Source of the DNA: Pseudomonadota bacterium
Lineage (GTDB): Bacteria > Pseudomonadota > Alphaproteobacteria > JAGOMX01
Direction: 5' to 3'
NCBI GenBank assembly: GCA_039714795.1
Contig: JBDLIP010000001.1
Span: forward strand, 1-47,328
Length of the DNA: 47,328 nt
The position numbers and the translations under genes are program-made. Below, one piece after another: positions 38,736 through 47,328 of this stretch (positions within the stretch are counted from its first letter, which is position 1; every line of letters begins with the position of its first letter). Below the pieces are notes generated by a model. It was not told where the DNA came from. It made no database searches and worked only from the letters and a program-made list of their open reading frames with translations.

Positions 38736-38901
38736 TGTTTCTCTCCTCAAATTATGGTTATCATCCTACCATGGTGGAATGGTACACGATATGCCGCGCG
38801 TTGGCTATATCTCTTTATAGTTGCACTCTTCCCGTGATGTGCTTAAATAGTAAGAGAAGAACCTTACTTTTTCGTTGAGCAAATAAATAAAGTTATAACA
38901 C

Positions 38902-39537
38902 ATGAACACACATTTCGATCTGATACTACTGGCAGCACTGGCTGGTTTTTTAATCTTTAGGCTTTTCAGTATACTGGGAAAATACAATCACCCCACTGAC
39001 AAACCATTGGCAAAGGATAATGCTGACCGCGCCCAGAATAAAATGATGCAGGATATTCCTACTGCACGAAAGCAAGTTGATAGAAATACACAAACATACA
39101 CAGACAACCTTAGAAAACTCCAGCAAGCCGATTCCCAGTTTAGCGAGCAGAGCTTCTTGCAAGGGGCGTACATCGCATATGAATCGCTTTTTGCAGCTCT
39201 TCGTGACGCTGATCAAAAGACCATAAAGTCGTTGTGCAGTCCAAAAATGCAACAAGTCTACCAAGACATGCTGGCCACACGTCATTCACGCCAATGGATT
39301 AGCAAGAACGAATTGCTACGCATCCTTTCTGCATATATCAGAGATATCCACCTCAGTGGCAAAACAGCAAAAATTACGGTTGAGTTTAAAGCAGAACAAG
39401 TTTTAGAAACTCGAGACGTTAAAAACCGCCTCGTCGAAGGAGACCCTGACCAAATCGAAATTATCGAGGAATGCTGGACTTTTTCCCGGACCATGTCCTC
39501 AAAAAACCTAAACTGGCGGCTGGTAGATGTCACGTAA
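38902..39537 (+). CDS. Tim44-like domain protein
   Basis: N-terminal TM helix 'LILLAALAGFLIFRLFSIL' plus a C-terminal Tim44-like fold region. It occupies the typical alphaproteobacterial position between secB and mltA. Confidence 0.75.
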   Translation: MNTHFDLILLAALAGFLIFRLFSILGKYNHPTDKPLAKDNADRAQNKMMQDIPTARKQVDRNTQTYTDNLRKLQQADSQFSEQSFLQGAYIAYESLFAALRDADQKTIKSLCSPKMQQVYQDMLATRHSRQWISKNELLRILSAYIRDIHLSGKTAKITVEFKAEQVLETRDVKNRLVEGDPDQIEIIEECWTFSRTMSSKNLNWRLVDVT

Positions 39538-40567
39538 TGCTCCAGCGCAAAATCTCAATTTACAACCAATTGAATGGCAGGACCTAACTGGCTGGCAGCA
39601 GGACCCTTTACTGGATATTTGGCCTGGTATCGTTGAATCGATGCAATGGTCAAATCATGCCATTGAGAATCCCAATACCATCAATGCAAATGATACTCAT
39701 GCCATACGCACATATCTAGAAACATACTTTCAGCCCCATCGCATCAATTTGGATTACCCCACACCAGGGCTCTTTACCGGCTACTTTGAACCTGAGTTCC
39801 AGGCTTCCTATCATCAAACTGACGTTTTTTCTGTTCCTATATATCGTAGACCAAAAAATCTGATTTTGATTGAGGACCTTGGGATCTTTCGCGATGAGTT
39901 TACTGGAACCCGAATTGCAGGTAGACAAATCGGGGGCGATTTACAACCCTATTTTACTCGCAAAGAGATTGACTTGGGCGCACTTGTCGGCCAAGGTCTT
40001 GAAATTGCTTGGTTGCAAAATCCCATTGACGCCTTTTTCATGAGCGTACAAGGATCAGGTCGCATTCAGTTTGCAGATGGAAAAACCATGGTCCTCACTT
40101 ACGACGCTGCCAATGGCTTCCCCTACACGGCAATTGGCCAAGTGCTCATTCAGCAAGGTAAGATACCCAAAGGGGCGGTAACTATGCAAAGTATTTACCA
40201 ATGGTTTGCAGAGCATCCTGACCAGATCAATGAAATTCTCTGGCACAACCAGTCATATATCTTTTTTCGTGAGATTGAGGAAGGATATCAGATTGGAGCC
40301 TCTGGCATGCAATTAATCCCTGAAAGAAGCTTAGCTATTGACCCTGCATTTATTCCCTTTGGAACGCTGTTGTGGGTTGATATCGAAAATCCTCACCATA
40401 GGAAACAGAGATGGCAAAAACTCATGCTTGCCCAAGATAAAGGAAGTGCAATCAAGGGCCCAGTCCGAGGTGATGTTTATTGGGGGAAAGGAGCTGCTGC
40501 TGGCAAAATAGCCGGGCAGATGCAATCAATCGGAAGCTATGATGTGGTGTTGCCCCGTGAAAAATAA
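39527..40567 (+). CDS. mltA: Murein transglycosylase A homologue
   Basis: 'FFMSVQGSGRIQFADG' (MltA domain) and 'DKGSAIKGPVRGDVYWG' (3D domain). No N-terminal signal peptide is visible, and an in-frame TAG lies directly upstream. Confidence 0.85.
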   Translation: MSRNAPAQNLNLQPIEWQDLTGWQQDPLLDIWPGIVESMQWSNHAIENPNTINANDTHAIRTYLETYFQPHRINLDYPTPGLFTGYFEPEFQASYHQTDVFSVPIYRRPKNLILIEDLGIFRDEFTGTRIAGRQIGGDLQPYFTRKEIDLGALVGQGLEIAWLQNPIDAFFMSVQGSGRIQFADGKTMVLTYDAANGFPYTAIGQVLIQQGKIPKGAVTMQSIYQWFAEHPDQINEILWHNQSYIFFREIEEGYQIGASGMQLIPERSLAIDPAFIPFGTLLWVDIENPHHRKQRWQKLMLAQDKGSAIKGPVRGDVYWGKGAAAGKIAGQMQSIGSYDVVLPREK

Positions 40568-41045
40568 CAAACACCCCTCCCCTTCTGAAACTGATTTGGA
40601 CCTATGGCAGCGCTTTGTAAAAGGGGTTGCACCAATACCTAGGGCATACACCACCGTGACTATCAAAACTCAAAAGTCGCAACCGACCAAACCATCAAAG
40701 CTTCCAGCTTTTCAGCTGCAAAAGTGCCGCCGCCCGAAAAAGGGCGAAGTTCGCGTCGAAGCGACTCTTGATTTACACGGATTGACTCAAGAGCAAGCGC
40801 ATCAAAGCATCAACTCGTTTTTACAAACTGCCCATTACACACGCAAGCGTTGCGTTTTGATCGTTACTGGCAAGGGTGCTGTTGATCCTGAAGATCGATC
40901 CTGGTGGGAAGAGCGAGGGGTACTACGCACCATCGTCCCCCATTGGCTTGAATCCGGAATAAACCGAGATCGTGTGCGGTCATATTCTGTTGCACACCTC
41001 AAGCACGGCGGTCAGGGAGCCCTTTATGTTTTCTTAACCCATTGA
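40539..41045 (+). CDS. Smr domain protein
   Basis: 'LDLHGLTQEQAHQSINSFL', 'VLIVTGKG' and 'GGQGALYVFL'. The true start may be the GTG at 40557. Confidence 0.8.
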   Translation: MMWCCPVKNNKHPSPSETDLDLWQRFVKGVAPIPRAYTTVTIKTQKSQPTKPSKLPAFQLQKCRRPKKGEVRVEATLDLHGLTQEQAHQSINSFLQTAHYTRKRCVLIVTGKGAVDPEDRSWWEERGVLRTIVPHWLESGINRDRVRSYSVAHLKHGGQGALYVFLTH

Positions 41046-41062
41046 GCATTGAGTGAGACAAA

Positions 41063-41181
41063 TATACTCTCGTGAAATCAAAACCTCTAGTTTAATGATA
41101 GCTGCCAGCTTGCAGTTTACTTGGGTAAATGAGCACTTCGAGCGTATCAGGAGACAGAGGTTTTGATTTCACTTCGGTATA
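41063..41181 (+). mobile_element. MITE-like palindromic element, subtype A (best-preserved copy)
   Basis: Left end 'tatactctcgtgaaatcaaaacctct' and right end 'agaggttttgatttcacttcggtata' form a ~26-bp imperfect TIR. The core is identical to the 38071-38181 copy. Confidence 0.9.
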
Positions 41182-41273
41182 TGCCCAAACCTGTGGCTTT
41201 CTTACCTATTTACATAAATTAATCTAAAAATTTTCTAATCATTTGGTGACAAATGATATCGAAATACGCTAGA

Positions 41274-41291
41274 TATACTCTCGTGAAATCA
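41274..41291 (+). repeat. Solo MITE terminal repeat
   Basis: 'tatactctcgtgaaatca' equals the left TIR, with no core behind it. It lies 50 bp upstream of the LysR-type gene. Confidence 0.6.
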
Positions 41292-41340
41292 GTATGCTCG
41301 GTTGCAGGCTGAATAATAAGCTAACGTAAGAGGAGGTTTT

Positions 41341-42276
41341 ATGCGTATTAGATCCCTAAAAACAATCATCGCTCTTGGAGAGAACAACGGTGATTTCAGC
41401 ATATACAAGATACTTGGAATCCCACGCTCAAGTATGTGGGCCCATATTGATGAAATTGAACGTGACACAGGACTGACTCTGGTTAACAGGAAAAAACAAA
41501 ATACCACGTTAACTGACGATGGGTGGGATTTCATTCCATACGCAAAAAAGATATGCCGTGTGCTGGATGAGGGAGTGCACACTATTAAAGGACCAGAGCA
41601 AACAATTGGTCTCGGTGAGGTTTTTATCTCGACGACAGAGGCAGTTTGTGCCAGCTGGCTGATGCCAAGTATCAAGGCATTTCACGCCCAACACCCCAGA
41701 CTGAAAGTACATATCATCGCCAACAATGAATTTAATAAAGAAACGGCAAAAATTGTTGATATTCTACTTAGACCTGTAGGAGATCTAGAGAAATTCGATA
41801 AAAAGTGGTTTATCTCTTACCATCATGCCCTATTTGCTAGTAAAAAATACTTGAACAAAGCCGGCACACCAGAAACACCCGAAGATCTTATACGCCATAG
41901 CATTATAGGTTACGGAGAGCATAAATTCAGTTATTTTGATGAAGTAAACTGGCATCTGAAAGGTAATAAATACGGACTTCCCAAGTTAACCCCAACTCTT
42001 ACAGTAAATTCTACTAAATCGATTTTTTTAGCAGCGCAAGAAGGGATAGGAATATGCTCAGCCCCCATTGAATCAAACACATTTTATAAGTCAAAGTTGC
42101 AACGAGTTTTGCCGCAGATCGAAGGTCCGCGAGTTGACACATATTTTTGCATGAGACGTAATGCAAGTGAAGCAAAAAGGAGAAACATGGATATCTTCAA
42201 CAAGTTTTTTAAGAATTACATGAATAAAATAAAAGTAGTCATACATGAAAATAAATTAATGACAAATGCTGCGTAA
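41341..42276 (+). CDS. LysR-family transcriptional regulator (divergent)
   Basis: SD 'ggagg'. An N-terminal wHTH-like region ('IYKILGIPRSSMWAHIDEIERDTGLTLVNR') is followed by a ~200-aa substrate-binding-type domain. It is adjacent to a transporter. Confidence 0.7.
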   Translation: MRIRSLKTIIALGENNGDFSIYKILGIPRSSMWAHIDEIERDTGLTLVNRKKQNTTLTDDGWDFIPYAKKICRVLDEGVHTIKGPEQTIGLGEVFISTTEAVCASWLMPSIKAFHAQHPRLKVHIIANNEFNKETAKIVDILLRPVGDLEKFDKKWFISYHHALFASKKYLNKAGTPETPEDLIRHSIIGYGEHKFSYFDEVNWHLKGNKYGLPKLTPTLTVNSTKSIFLAAQEGIGICSAPIESNTFYKSKLQRVLPQIEGPRVDTYFCMRRNASEAKRRNMDIFNKFFKNYMNKIKVVIHENKLMTNAA

Positions 42277-44020
42277 GAATTTAAATTATTTCATCTATGT
42301 TGCACATTTTCTTGAATGTTTCAACAATGTACTTTATGGCTTTTTTGCTGTTATGCTAGCTCCAGTTTTTTTCTCTACAAATGTACAGATCGCCTCTTTT
42401 GGCGCCTTTGCAGCTGGCTTTTTTGCTCGCCCAATTGGAGCGATCCTGTTTGGAATGCTGGGAGATAAATATGGTCGAAGACTTCCTCTTATCTACAGCA
42501 TGACCTTGATTGGAATTCCAACCATTTTGATTGGGCTTATCCCTGATTATCATGGGATTGGCATCCTAGCTCCCTGCATATTGATTGTTTGCAGAACATT
42601 ACAAGGATTTTTTAATGGAGGGGAGTTTGCCGGCATCACCCTTTTAATCGCAGAAAGTGAAAATAAAATAAACATGGGAGCAAGAGCCGGCCTTTTGGTT
42701 GCAGCAGGAGTCTTTGGCGCTGTTTTTGCTGCCCTCATCGGAGCAATCGCAGCTTTAGATATCCTGCCTACGGGAATCTGGAGATTACCTTTTATCCTGG
42801 GAGGCCTTGCAAGCCTATCCTTTGTTTTTGCCACAAAACACTTTCAAGAAACAAAAGCATTCAATAAACATCAGCAACAAACTTCCAACACACTCCCTTC
42901 TCCATGGCGCACTCTTATAGATCAATACAAACTTTCCCTTGTATGTGCTATCCTTTTGAGTGGTTTTACCCTTGTTCCCATCTACCTTGCCACAATCTTT
43001 GGCAACCAGATATTTAAGGATCTAGGATATACCCATTCTGAAAGTATGACCTTAAACGCTATTGCAATGGCTATCGATGGTTTGGCAATGATTTTATTCG
43101 GAAAACTGTCTGATAAAATCGGTTTTCACAGACAAATTACTTTGGCCCTGAGCCTTGCTATGATTGTGGCATTTCCAGCCTTTTATAGCATCAGTATGGA
43201 AAAATCGACACTTTTTCACGCGTTTTTATTTATCATACCTCTTGTGCTCACAGGAGGTATGGCGACGAGTTGTGCCTTCATTCATATATCAAGATTATTC
43301 CCTGTCAATTGCCGGTATTCAGCCCTTGCCTTTAGTGTCACTCTAGGTCAAGCGGTCTTTGGTGGCACAACCCCAATGATCGCTGCCTATATGGTTGAAA
43401 TCTGGGAGACAAAATTGGCCCCTGCTCTAGGGTTGATCGTTCTTTCAGCATTTGCCTTACTTGCCCTTGAGCTAACGAAACGACAAAGGCAACGAATCCA
43501 AAGCAAAGTACAGAAAGGGCAATACTTTGAAAACAAAATCCCTGCCACCACCGTAGCTGGTTTTATGGTAGCAGTAGCGTGCATGTTGGCACCACCTGTA
43601 TCAGCAAAGTTGCCTCTGCCACGTTTTGTCTCCCTGCGCGCGAATCAAGCAAATGTCCGGGTCGGACCTGGAAGGCAGTATCCCATACAATGGGTTTTAG
43701 TGCGCCGACACTTACCACTTGAAATCATCGCTGAGTTTGATACATGGCGCAAAGTCAAAGATCCAGAGGGAGAAGTTATGGGCTGGATTCATCAAGGTCT
43801 CTTATCCGGCCTTAGAACAGCAGTGGTTCTTGATGGAGAGCAAACCGTTTATCGAAAACCTGCATTGGAATCCTTTGCTGTAGCAAAACTCGAGCCTGGA
43901 GTGATTACCAAGATTCTCAAGTGCCGACAAGGGTGGTGCAGAGTCCAGGTGGATTCTATCGATGGGTGGATAGAGCCTAAATATTTGTGGGGAGTTTATC
44001 CGGCAGAAACGATCAAATAG
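42266..44020 (+). CDS. MFS transporter (metabolite:H+ symporter type) fused in frame to a C-terminal tandem SH3-like (DUF1058-type) domain
   Basis: MFS motif A 'GMLGDKYGRR' and ~12 helices up to ~aa 430. From the internal ATG at 43565 the sequence 'MVAVACMLAPPVSAKLPLPRFVSLRANQANVRVGPG...WRKVKDPEGEVMGWIH...' looks like a complete signal peptide plus SH3b protein. That protein type is normally a stand-alone gene. Confidence 0.75.
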   Translation: MLRKNLNYFIYVAHFLECFNNVLYGFFAVMLAPVFFSTNVQIASFGAFAAGFFARPIGAILFGMLGDKYGRRLPLIYSMTLIGIPTILIGLIPDYHGIGILAPCILIVCRTLQGFFNGGEFAGITLLIAESENKINMGARAGLLVAAGVFGAVFAALIGAIAALDILPTGIWRLPFILGGLASLSFVFATKHFQETKAFNKHQQQTSNTLPSPWRTLIDQYKLSLVCAILLSGFTLVPIYLATIFGNQIFKDLGYTHSESMTLNAIAMAIDGLAMILFGKLSDKIGFHRQITLALSLAMIVAFPAFYSISMEKSTLFHAFLFIIPLVLTGGMATSCAFIHISRLFPVNCRYSALAFSVTLGQAVFGGTTPMIAAYMVEIWETKLAPALGLIVLSAFALLALELTKRQRQRIQSKVQKGQYFENKIPATTVAGFMVAVACMLAPPVSAKLPLPRFVSLRANQANVRVGPGRQYPIQWVLVRRHLPLEIIAEFDTWRKVKDPEGEVMGWIHQGLLSGLRTAVVLDGEQTVYRKPALESFAVAKLEPGVITKILKCRQGWCRVQVDSIDGWIEPKYLWGVYPAETIK

Positions 44021-44102
44021 TTGGCCATTTATGTTATGAGTGACTATATTTGATAAGTAGAATCTCGTACAGGGGTATTTTTAAATAAATCAGGATCGAA
44101 CA

Positions 44103-45335
44103 TTGACTCTTTCAAAGAATTTTTTAACTTCGACGCATTTTTTGATTTTTGTAGCCCTTGGGATGGGTATTGCTGCTGGTCTAATGGGAGGTGAGGCAAC
44201 CCATGCGGTTTGTGAAAATATTTCGACCATATACATCAATTTTTTAAAACTGGTGAGTACACCGCTTATTTTTCTCTCCATCTGCTCGACCTTGAGTGGA
44301 ATTTCAGGGTTTAGGGAAGTGCGTACTTTAGGAACGCGTGTGATGAGCTACACTGTTGTCACCACACTGATAGCAGCAGCTATTGGTTTGCTACTATTTT
44401 TACTTATTCATCCCGTTTTGCCCGTAGGAGTAGGAAATGTGCCTGAGAGTGTGGCAATTCCTGCCCAAGCAAGCTACCAAAGTTTTTTAATGGGTTTGTT
44501 TCCCTCTAATTTTGTAGAAGCCTTTCTCAAAAATAACGTCATTGCGATTATGCTGATTGCTTTTTTGACGGGGTTTGCCACTTTGGCGCTCGAAGGCGAG
44601 CAGAGAATATTTCTTAAAAATCTTTTCTCCAGCTTGTTCGATGTTGTCATCAAAATGACAGAATACATTCTCAAATTTATCCCACTGGCAGTATTTGCCT
44701 TTGTTGCCCTCTTTGTCAAAGATCAAGTTGAGGGATTCGAACTTGGTGCTCTAGGGGCATATTTTATCACGATTTTAAGTGCGAACTTGATTCAAGCAGC
44801 CATTGTATTGCCGCTCCTGTTGAAACTCAAAGGGTATTCGCCGCTAAGGGTTATGAAAGGCTATATGCCGGCACTGACTCTGGCCTTTTTCTCGAAATCA
44901 TCCAATGCCGCATTGCCGACCACACTGCGTTGCGCTCAACAAAATTTAGGGGTTTCAAAACGCGTGTCAAACTTTAGCTTGCCTCTTTGTGTGACCTGTA
45001 ACATGAATGCCTGCGCTGCATTTATTTTAATCACGGTTTTGTTCGTCGCCACCAGCAATGGCATGACATTTTCGGCCACAGAACTTCTGGCCTGGATTTT
45101 CTTAGCCACTCTTGCTGCCATTGGCAACGCAGGCGTTCCCATGGGATGCTATTTTCTGGCAACGGCTTTTCTCACAGCCTTGGATGTTCCTTTAAATATT
45201 ATGGGACTTATTTTACCGCTATATGCTTTTTTGGATATGGTAGAAACAGCGGTAAATGTTTGGTCGGATGGTGTAATTACCGTGGTGGCTGAAAAGGATT
45301 TGCAAAGTGAAAGACCTGTGCTAAAGGCGGCGTAA
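44103..45335 (+). CDS. Dicarboxylate/amino acid:cation symporter (DAACS/SLC1 family)
   Basis: 410-aa polytopic ORF. 'FSKSSNAALPTT' is the re-entrant loop motif. The family layout is conserved. TTG start. Confidence 0.85.
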   Translation: MTLSKNFLTSTHFLIFVALGMGIAAGLMGGEATHAVCENISTIYINFLKLVSTPLIFLSICSTLSGISGFREVRTLGTRVMSYTVVTTLIAAAIGLLLFLLIHPVLPVGVGNVPESVAIPAQASYQSFLMGLFPSNFVEAFLKNNVIAIMLIAFLTGFATLALEGEQRIFLKNLFSSLFDVVIKMTEYILKFIPLAVFAFVALFVKDQVEGFELGALGAYFITILSANLIQAAIVLPLLLKLKGYSPLRVMKGYMPALTLAFFSKSSNAALPTTLRCAQQNLGVSKRVSNFSLPLCVTCNMNACAAFILITVLFVATSNGMTFSATELLAWIFLATLAAIGNAGVPMGCYFLATAFLTALDVPLNIMGLILPLYAFLDMVETAVNVWSDGVITVVAEKDLQSERPVLKAA

Positions 45336-45361
45336 CCATTTGGTTTATCCCCCCAATGACA

Positions 45362-45427
45362 CTAACTTAACCTGAGTTTTGGATAAGGGAAGAATTTGCT
45401 TATCCTCCACGGGCCGTCATCCTGAAT
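45362..45427 (+). repeat. Second short dispersed repeat family (copy 2)
   Basis: 'ctaacttaacctgagttttggataagggaagaatttgcttatcctccacgggccgtcatcctgaat' contains the hairpin ggataag/cttatcc. It lies 27 bp after the symporter stop and is homologous to 16371-16432 (reverse complement). Confidence 0.55.
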
Positions 45428-45597
45428 CGCAATTTGTCCATCGTGACAATTATATTTAATCAAAAAGAAATATCAATATTTTATTTTTACTCAAATTAAC
45501 AAACAATTAACTGTTAAATGATTTAATTAATATTAGTTATAGTAGTATTTACTACTTATTTGTTTAACTATTGTTTGATTAATAAAAGGAGATAGTC

Positions 45598-47328
45598 ATG
45601 GCTAAGAAAATCACAGGTGATACAGAACTTACTGATATGGAAGGAACAACTGTTGACAGCGGGAGTGAGACAACGAGCACTGATACAAGTAGTGAGGAGC
45701 TTTTACTGCAATCGAGCAAAAAAGTCGGTGGCGGTAAGCCAGGAGATGATGGCGGAGGTTCAGATGGCGGATCTGGTGACGATCCAGAACCCAATTGGTC
45801 CCCGTACCATGGTGTAGCCGAAGGCAATATGCCTACTTCACAATTTGTTGCGCACGGTGATGACTGTAATGTCAATATTGTAGCAAAAGATAATGGTGAT
45901 GGAACAGTTACGTTCCATTTTAGTATAGATTTTCCAGATGGTCAGACTGGAGATCTGCGCGGAGTCTTTTTGGATTTTCCTGGTGCAGATGATGGCGAGA
46001 CAAGTACTTTTCCAGATGGACTTAAGGTGGTCTCAGGTAGTTTTGTAGCAAAAGGCTTACCCCCCCAAGCAAATGGAGCAAAAAACGTCGATGAAGATGG
46101 CAACACATTGATAACAGATGATCCCTCTTTTGTGTCAGATGAGGAAAACGTACTTTCTGTTGGTCAAGGTGAAGATGGTGCTAACATACATGGTGATTTT
46201 ATGGGGGATGCTGAATCTCCTAATGACCCGTTTGATTTTGGAGTGGCTATTGGAACCCAAGGTATTGCCAAAGATGATGTTCAAGAGGTTTGGTTTACCG
46301 TAATGGCAGATGACGATCTGCACCTTTCGAGTTTTAGCAACGTTGAATTCGGATTTAGAGTGAATTCAGTTGGTGCAATAGATGACCCTGAAGGCAGAGA
46401 AGATTCTAAGAAAATTCTTGAGATAAACAGACCACCTGAGCTTGAAAAACCAGATGTAAAGTGGGTTACCGAGCCGATGGAAGGCAGTGGCATGGGTGAT
46501 TATGCGCCCATTATTGATGGCAATCTTTTGGAAAATTCATCTGATCCAGATACTGCAATAGAAAATCTGTTCATTGTGAGCGTTTCCGGCGTGATGGATG
46601 GCGGTGCCGGAGATCTAGACATGATGGCCAATGGCTATATTGTTGTTATGGACTCTGAAGGACTAGGCACGCTTACGGTCAAGACGATGTCTATTGATAT
46701 GCCCATGGATCCTGAAGATTTCAGTGGTTACTATGAATATGATCTGGATGAAGCTGCTGCGAATCACCTGCCTGCGGGTGCTGAAGTAATGGTCAATTTT
46801 GAATGGTCTGCATCTGATGGTATGACAGAGGTTGCCTCTGGTACAGATAAGGGACTGATGATTACAATTCATGGGGCGAATGATCAATTTGACCTAGTAC
46901 CCAATGTAGAGATTCATTTGACAGATATCATGAACACGCCAGAGCAGCAAGGACAGGGCACTCAAGACCAGTGGGGCGTCGGCAATATACTAGAAGGGAT
47001 TGAGGATCCTGATGACGGAGACATGGTCTACATTATTAAAGCCGATGGTCAACTTCCAGATGATTACGGTAACTTTACGATGACAACCGACAGTGGAGCT
47101 TTAACTGTCATCATCAATCAAGATGGAACTTATACGTGGGAAATTAAAGGAGATCTAGCAGATCCATTGGGTCCACATGACTTTGAAGGGATTTGGAAGA
47201 AATTAACAATTTCCGATCGACCAGCGGATCATTATCCAGAGAAACCTGAAGATGCTGCCAAGATGCAGGATGTGGACTTCCATATTAAGCTGAAAGGTAC
47301 TAATGATGGGTTTGATGAAGTTCCTGAC
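45598..47328 (+). CDS. Very large acidic surface/secreted protein, 5' part only (adhesin-like; probable T1SS-type substrate)
   Basis: The frame stays open from ATG 45598 (SD 'aaaggag') to the window end (577 codons). The ORF track omits it because there is no stop. It is D/E/G/T-rich with no N-terminal signal peptide. Recurrent '...ITIHGANDQF' and 'HIKLKGTNDGF' resemble the 'xGxND' ends of VCBS/T1SS-143-type repeats. Confidence 0.7.
   Translation, partial: MAKKITGDTELTDMEGTTVDSGSETTSTDTSSEELLLQSSKKVGGGKPGDDGGGSDGGSGDDPEPNWSPYHGVAEGNMPTSQFVAHGDDCNVNIVAKDNGDGTVTFHFSIDFPDGQTGDLRGVFLDFPGADDGETSTFPDGLKVVSGSFVAKGLPPQANGAKNVDEDGNTLITDDPSFVSDEENVLSVGQGEDGANIHGDFMGDAESPNDPFDFGVAIGTQGIAKDDVQEVWFTVMADDDLHLSSFSNVEFGFRVNSVGAIDDPEGREDSKKILEINRPPELEKPDVKWVTEPMEGSGMGDYAPIIDGNLLENSSDPDTAIENLFIVSVSGVMDGGAGDLDMMANGYIVVMDSEGLGTLTVKTMSIDMPMDPEDFSGYYEYDLDEAAANHLPAGAEVMVNFEWSASDGMTEVASGTDKGLMITIHGANDQFDLVPNVEIHLTDIMNTPEQQGQGTQDQWGVGNILEGIEDPDDGDMVYIIKADGQLPDDYGNFTMTTDSGALTVIINQDGTYTWEIKGDLADPLGPHDFEGIWKKLTISDRPADHYPEKPEDAAKMQDVDFHIKLKGTNDGFDEVPD

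Overview
This 47.3-kb chromosomal segment reads like an alphaproteobacterium. Supporting synteny: split ATP-synthase operons (atpB-E-F'-F with both b and b' subunits, and atpHAGDC), recA-alaS, secB-tim44-mltA-smr, and mreBCD-mrdA-rodA. A host-associated or intracellular lifestyle is only an inference, drawn from the repeat load and the gene content. I can support about 44 protein-coding genes. I found no rRNA, tRNA or CRISPR array by eye. Three things are not ordinary. (1) A dense family of ~110-120-bp palindromic MITE-like elements has 9 near-complete copies plus several fragments or solo ends. They fill most intergenic spacers, create recurrent phantom ORFs ('MIARSAQFTIVNEHFE...'), supply the stop codon of one gene, and extend the ORF of another. 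(2) A visibly AT-richer accessory insertion (~18.9-25.4 kb) lies between the F0 ATP-synthase operon and alaS. It carries an unusual N-terminal LuxR-HTH / hydrophobic helix / NB-ARC / TPR protein. Directly downstream is a ~375-bp tandem array encoding two paralogous small peptides with signal-like N-termini, then a 284-aa protein with YcaO-like motifs. A divergent SSB-like OB-fold protein lies upstream. I propose this as a candidate undescribed peptide-signalling or RiPP-like module. (3) Several individual oddities also stand out. One is a secreted, extremely basic protein with 33-bp tandem repeats encoding six RGD motifs. Others are an in-frame (GGACCT)5 microsatellite in PBP2, an MFS transporter fused in frame to a normally stand-alone SH3-like periplasmic protein, and the 5' part of a very large acidic adhesin-like gene. 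All functional calls come from motif recognition by eye. No database search was run.
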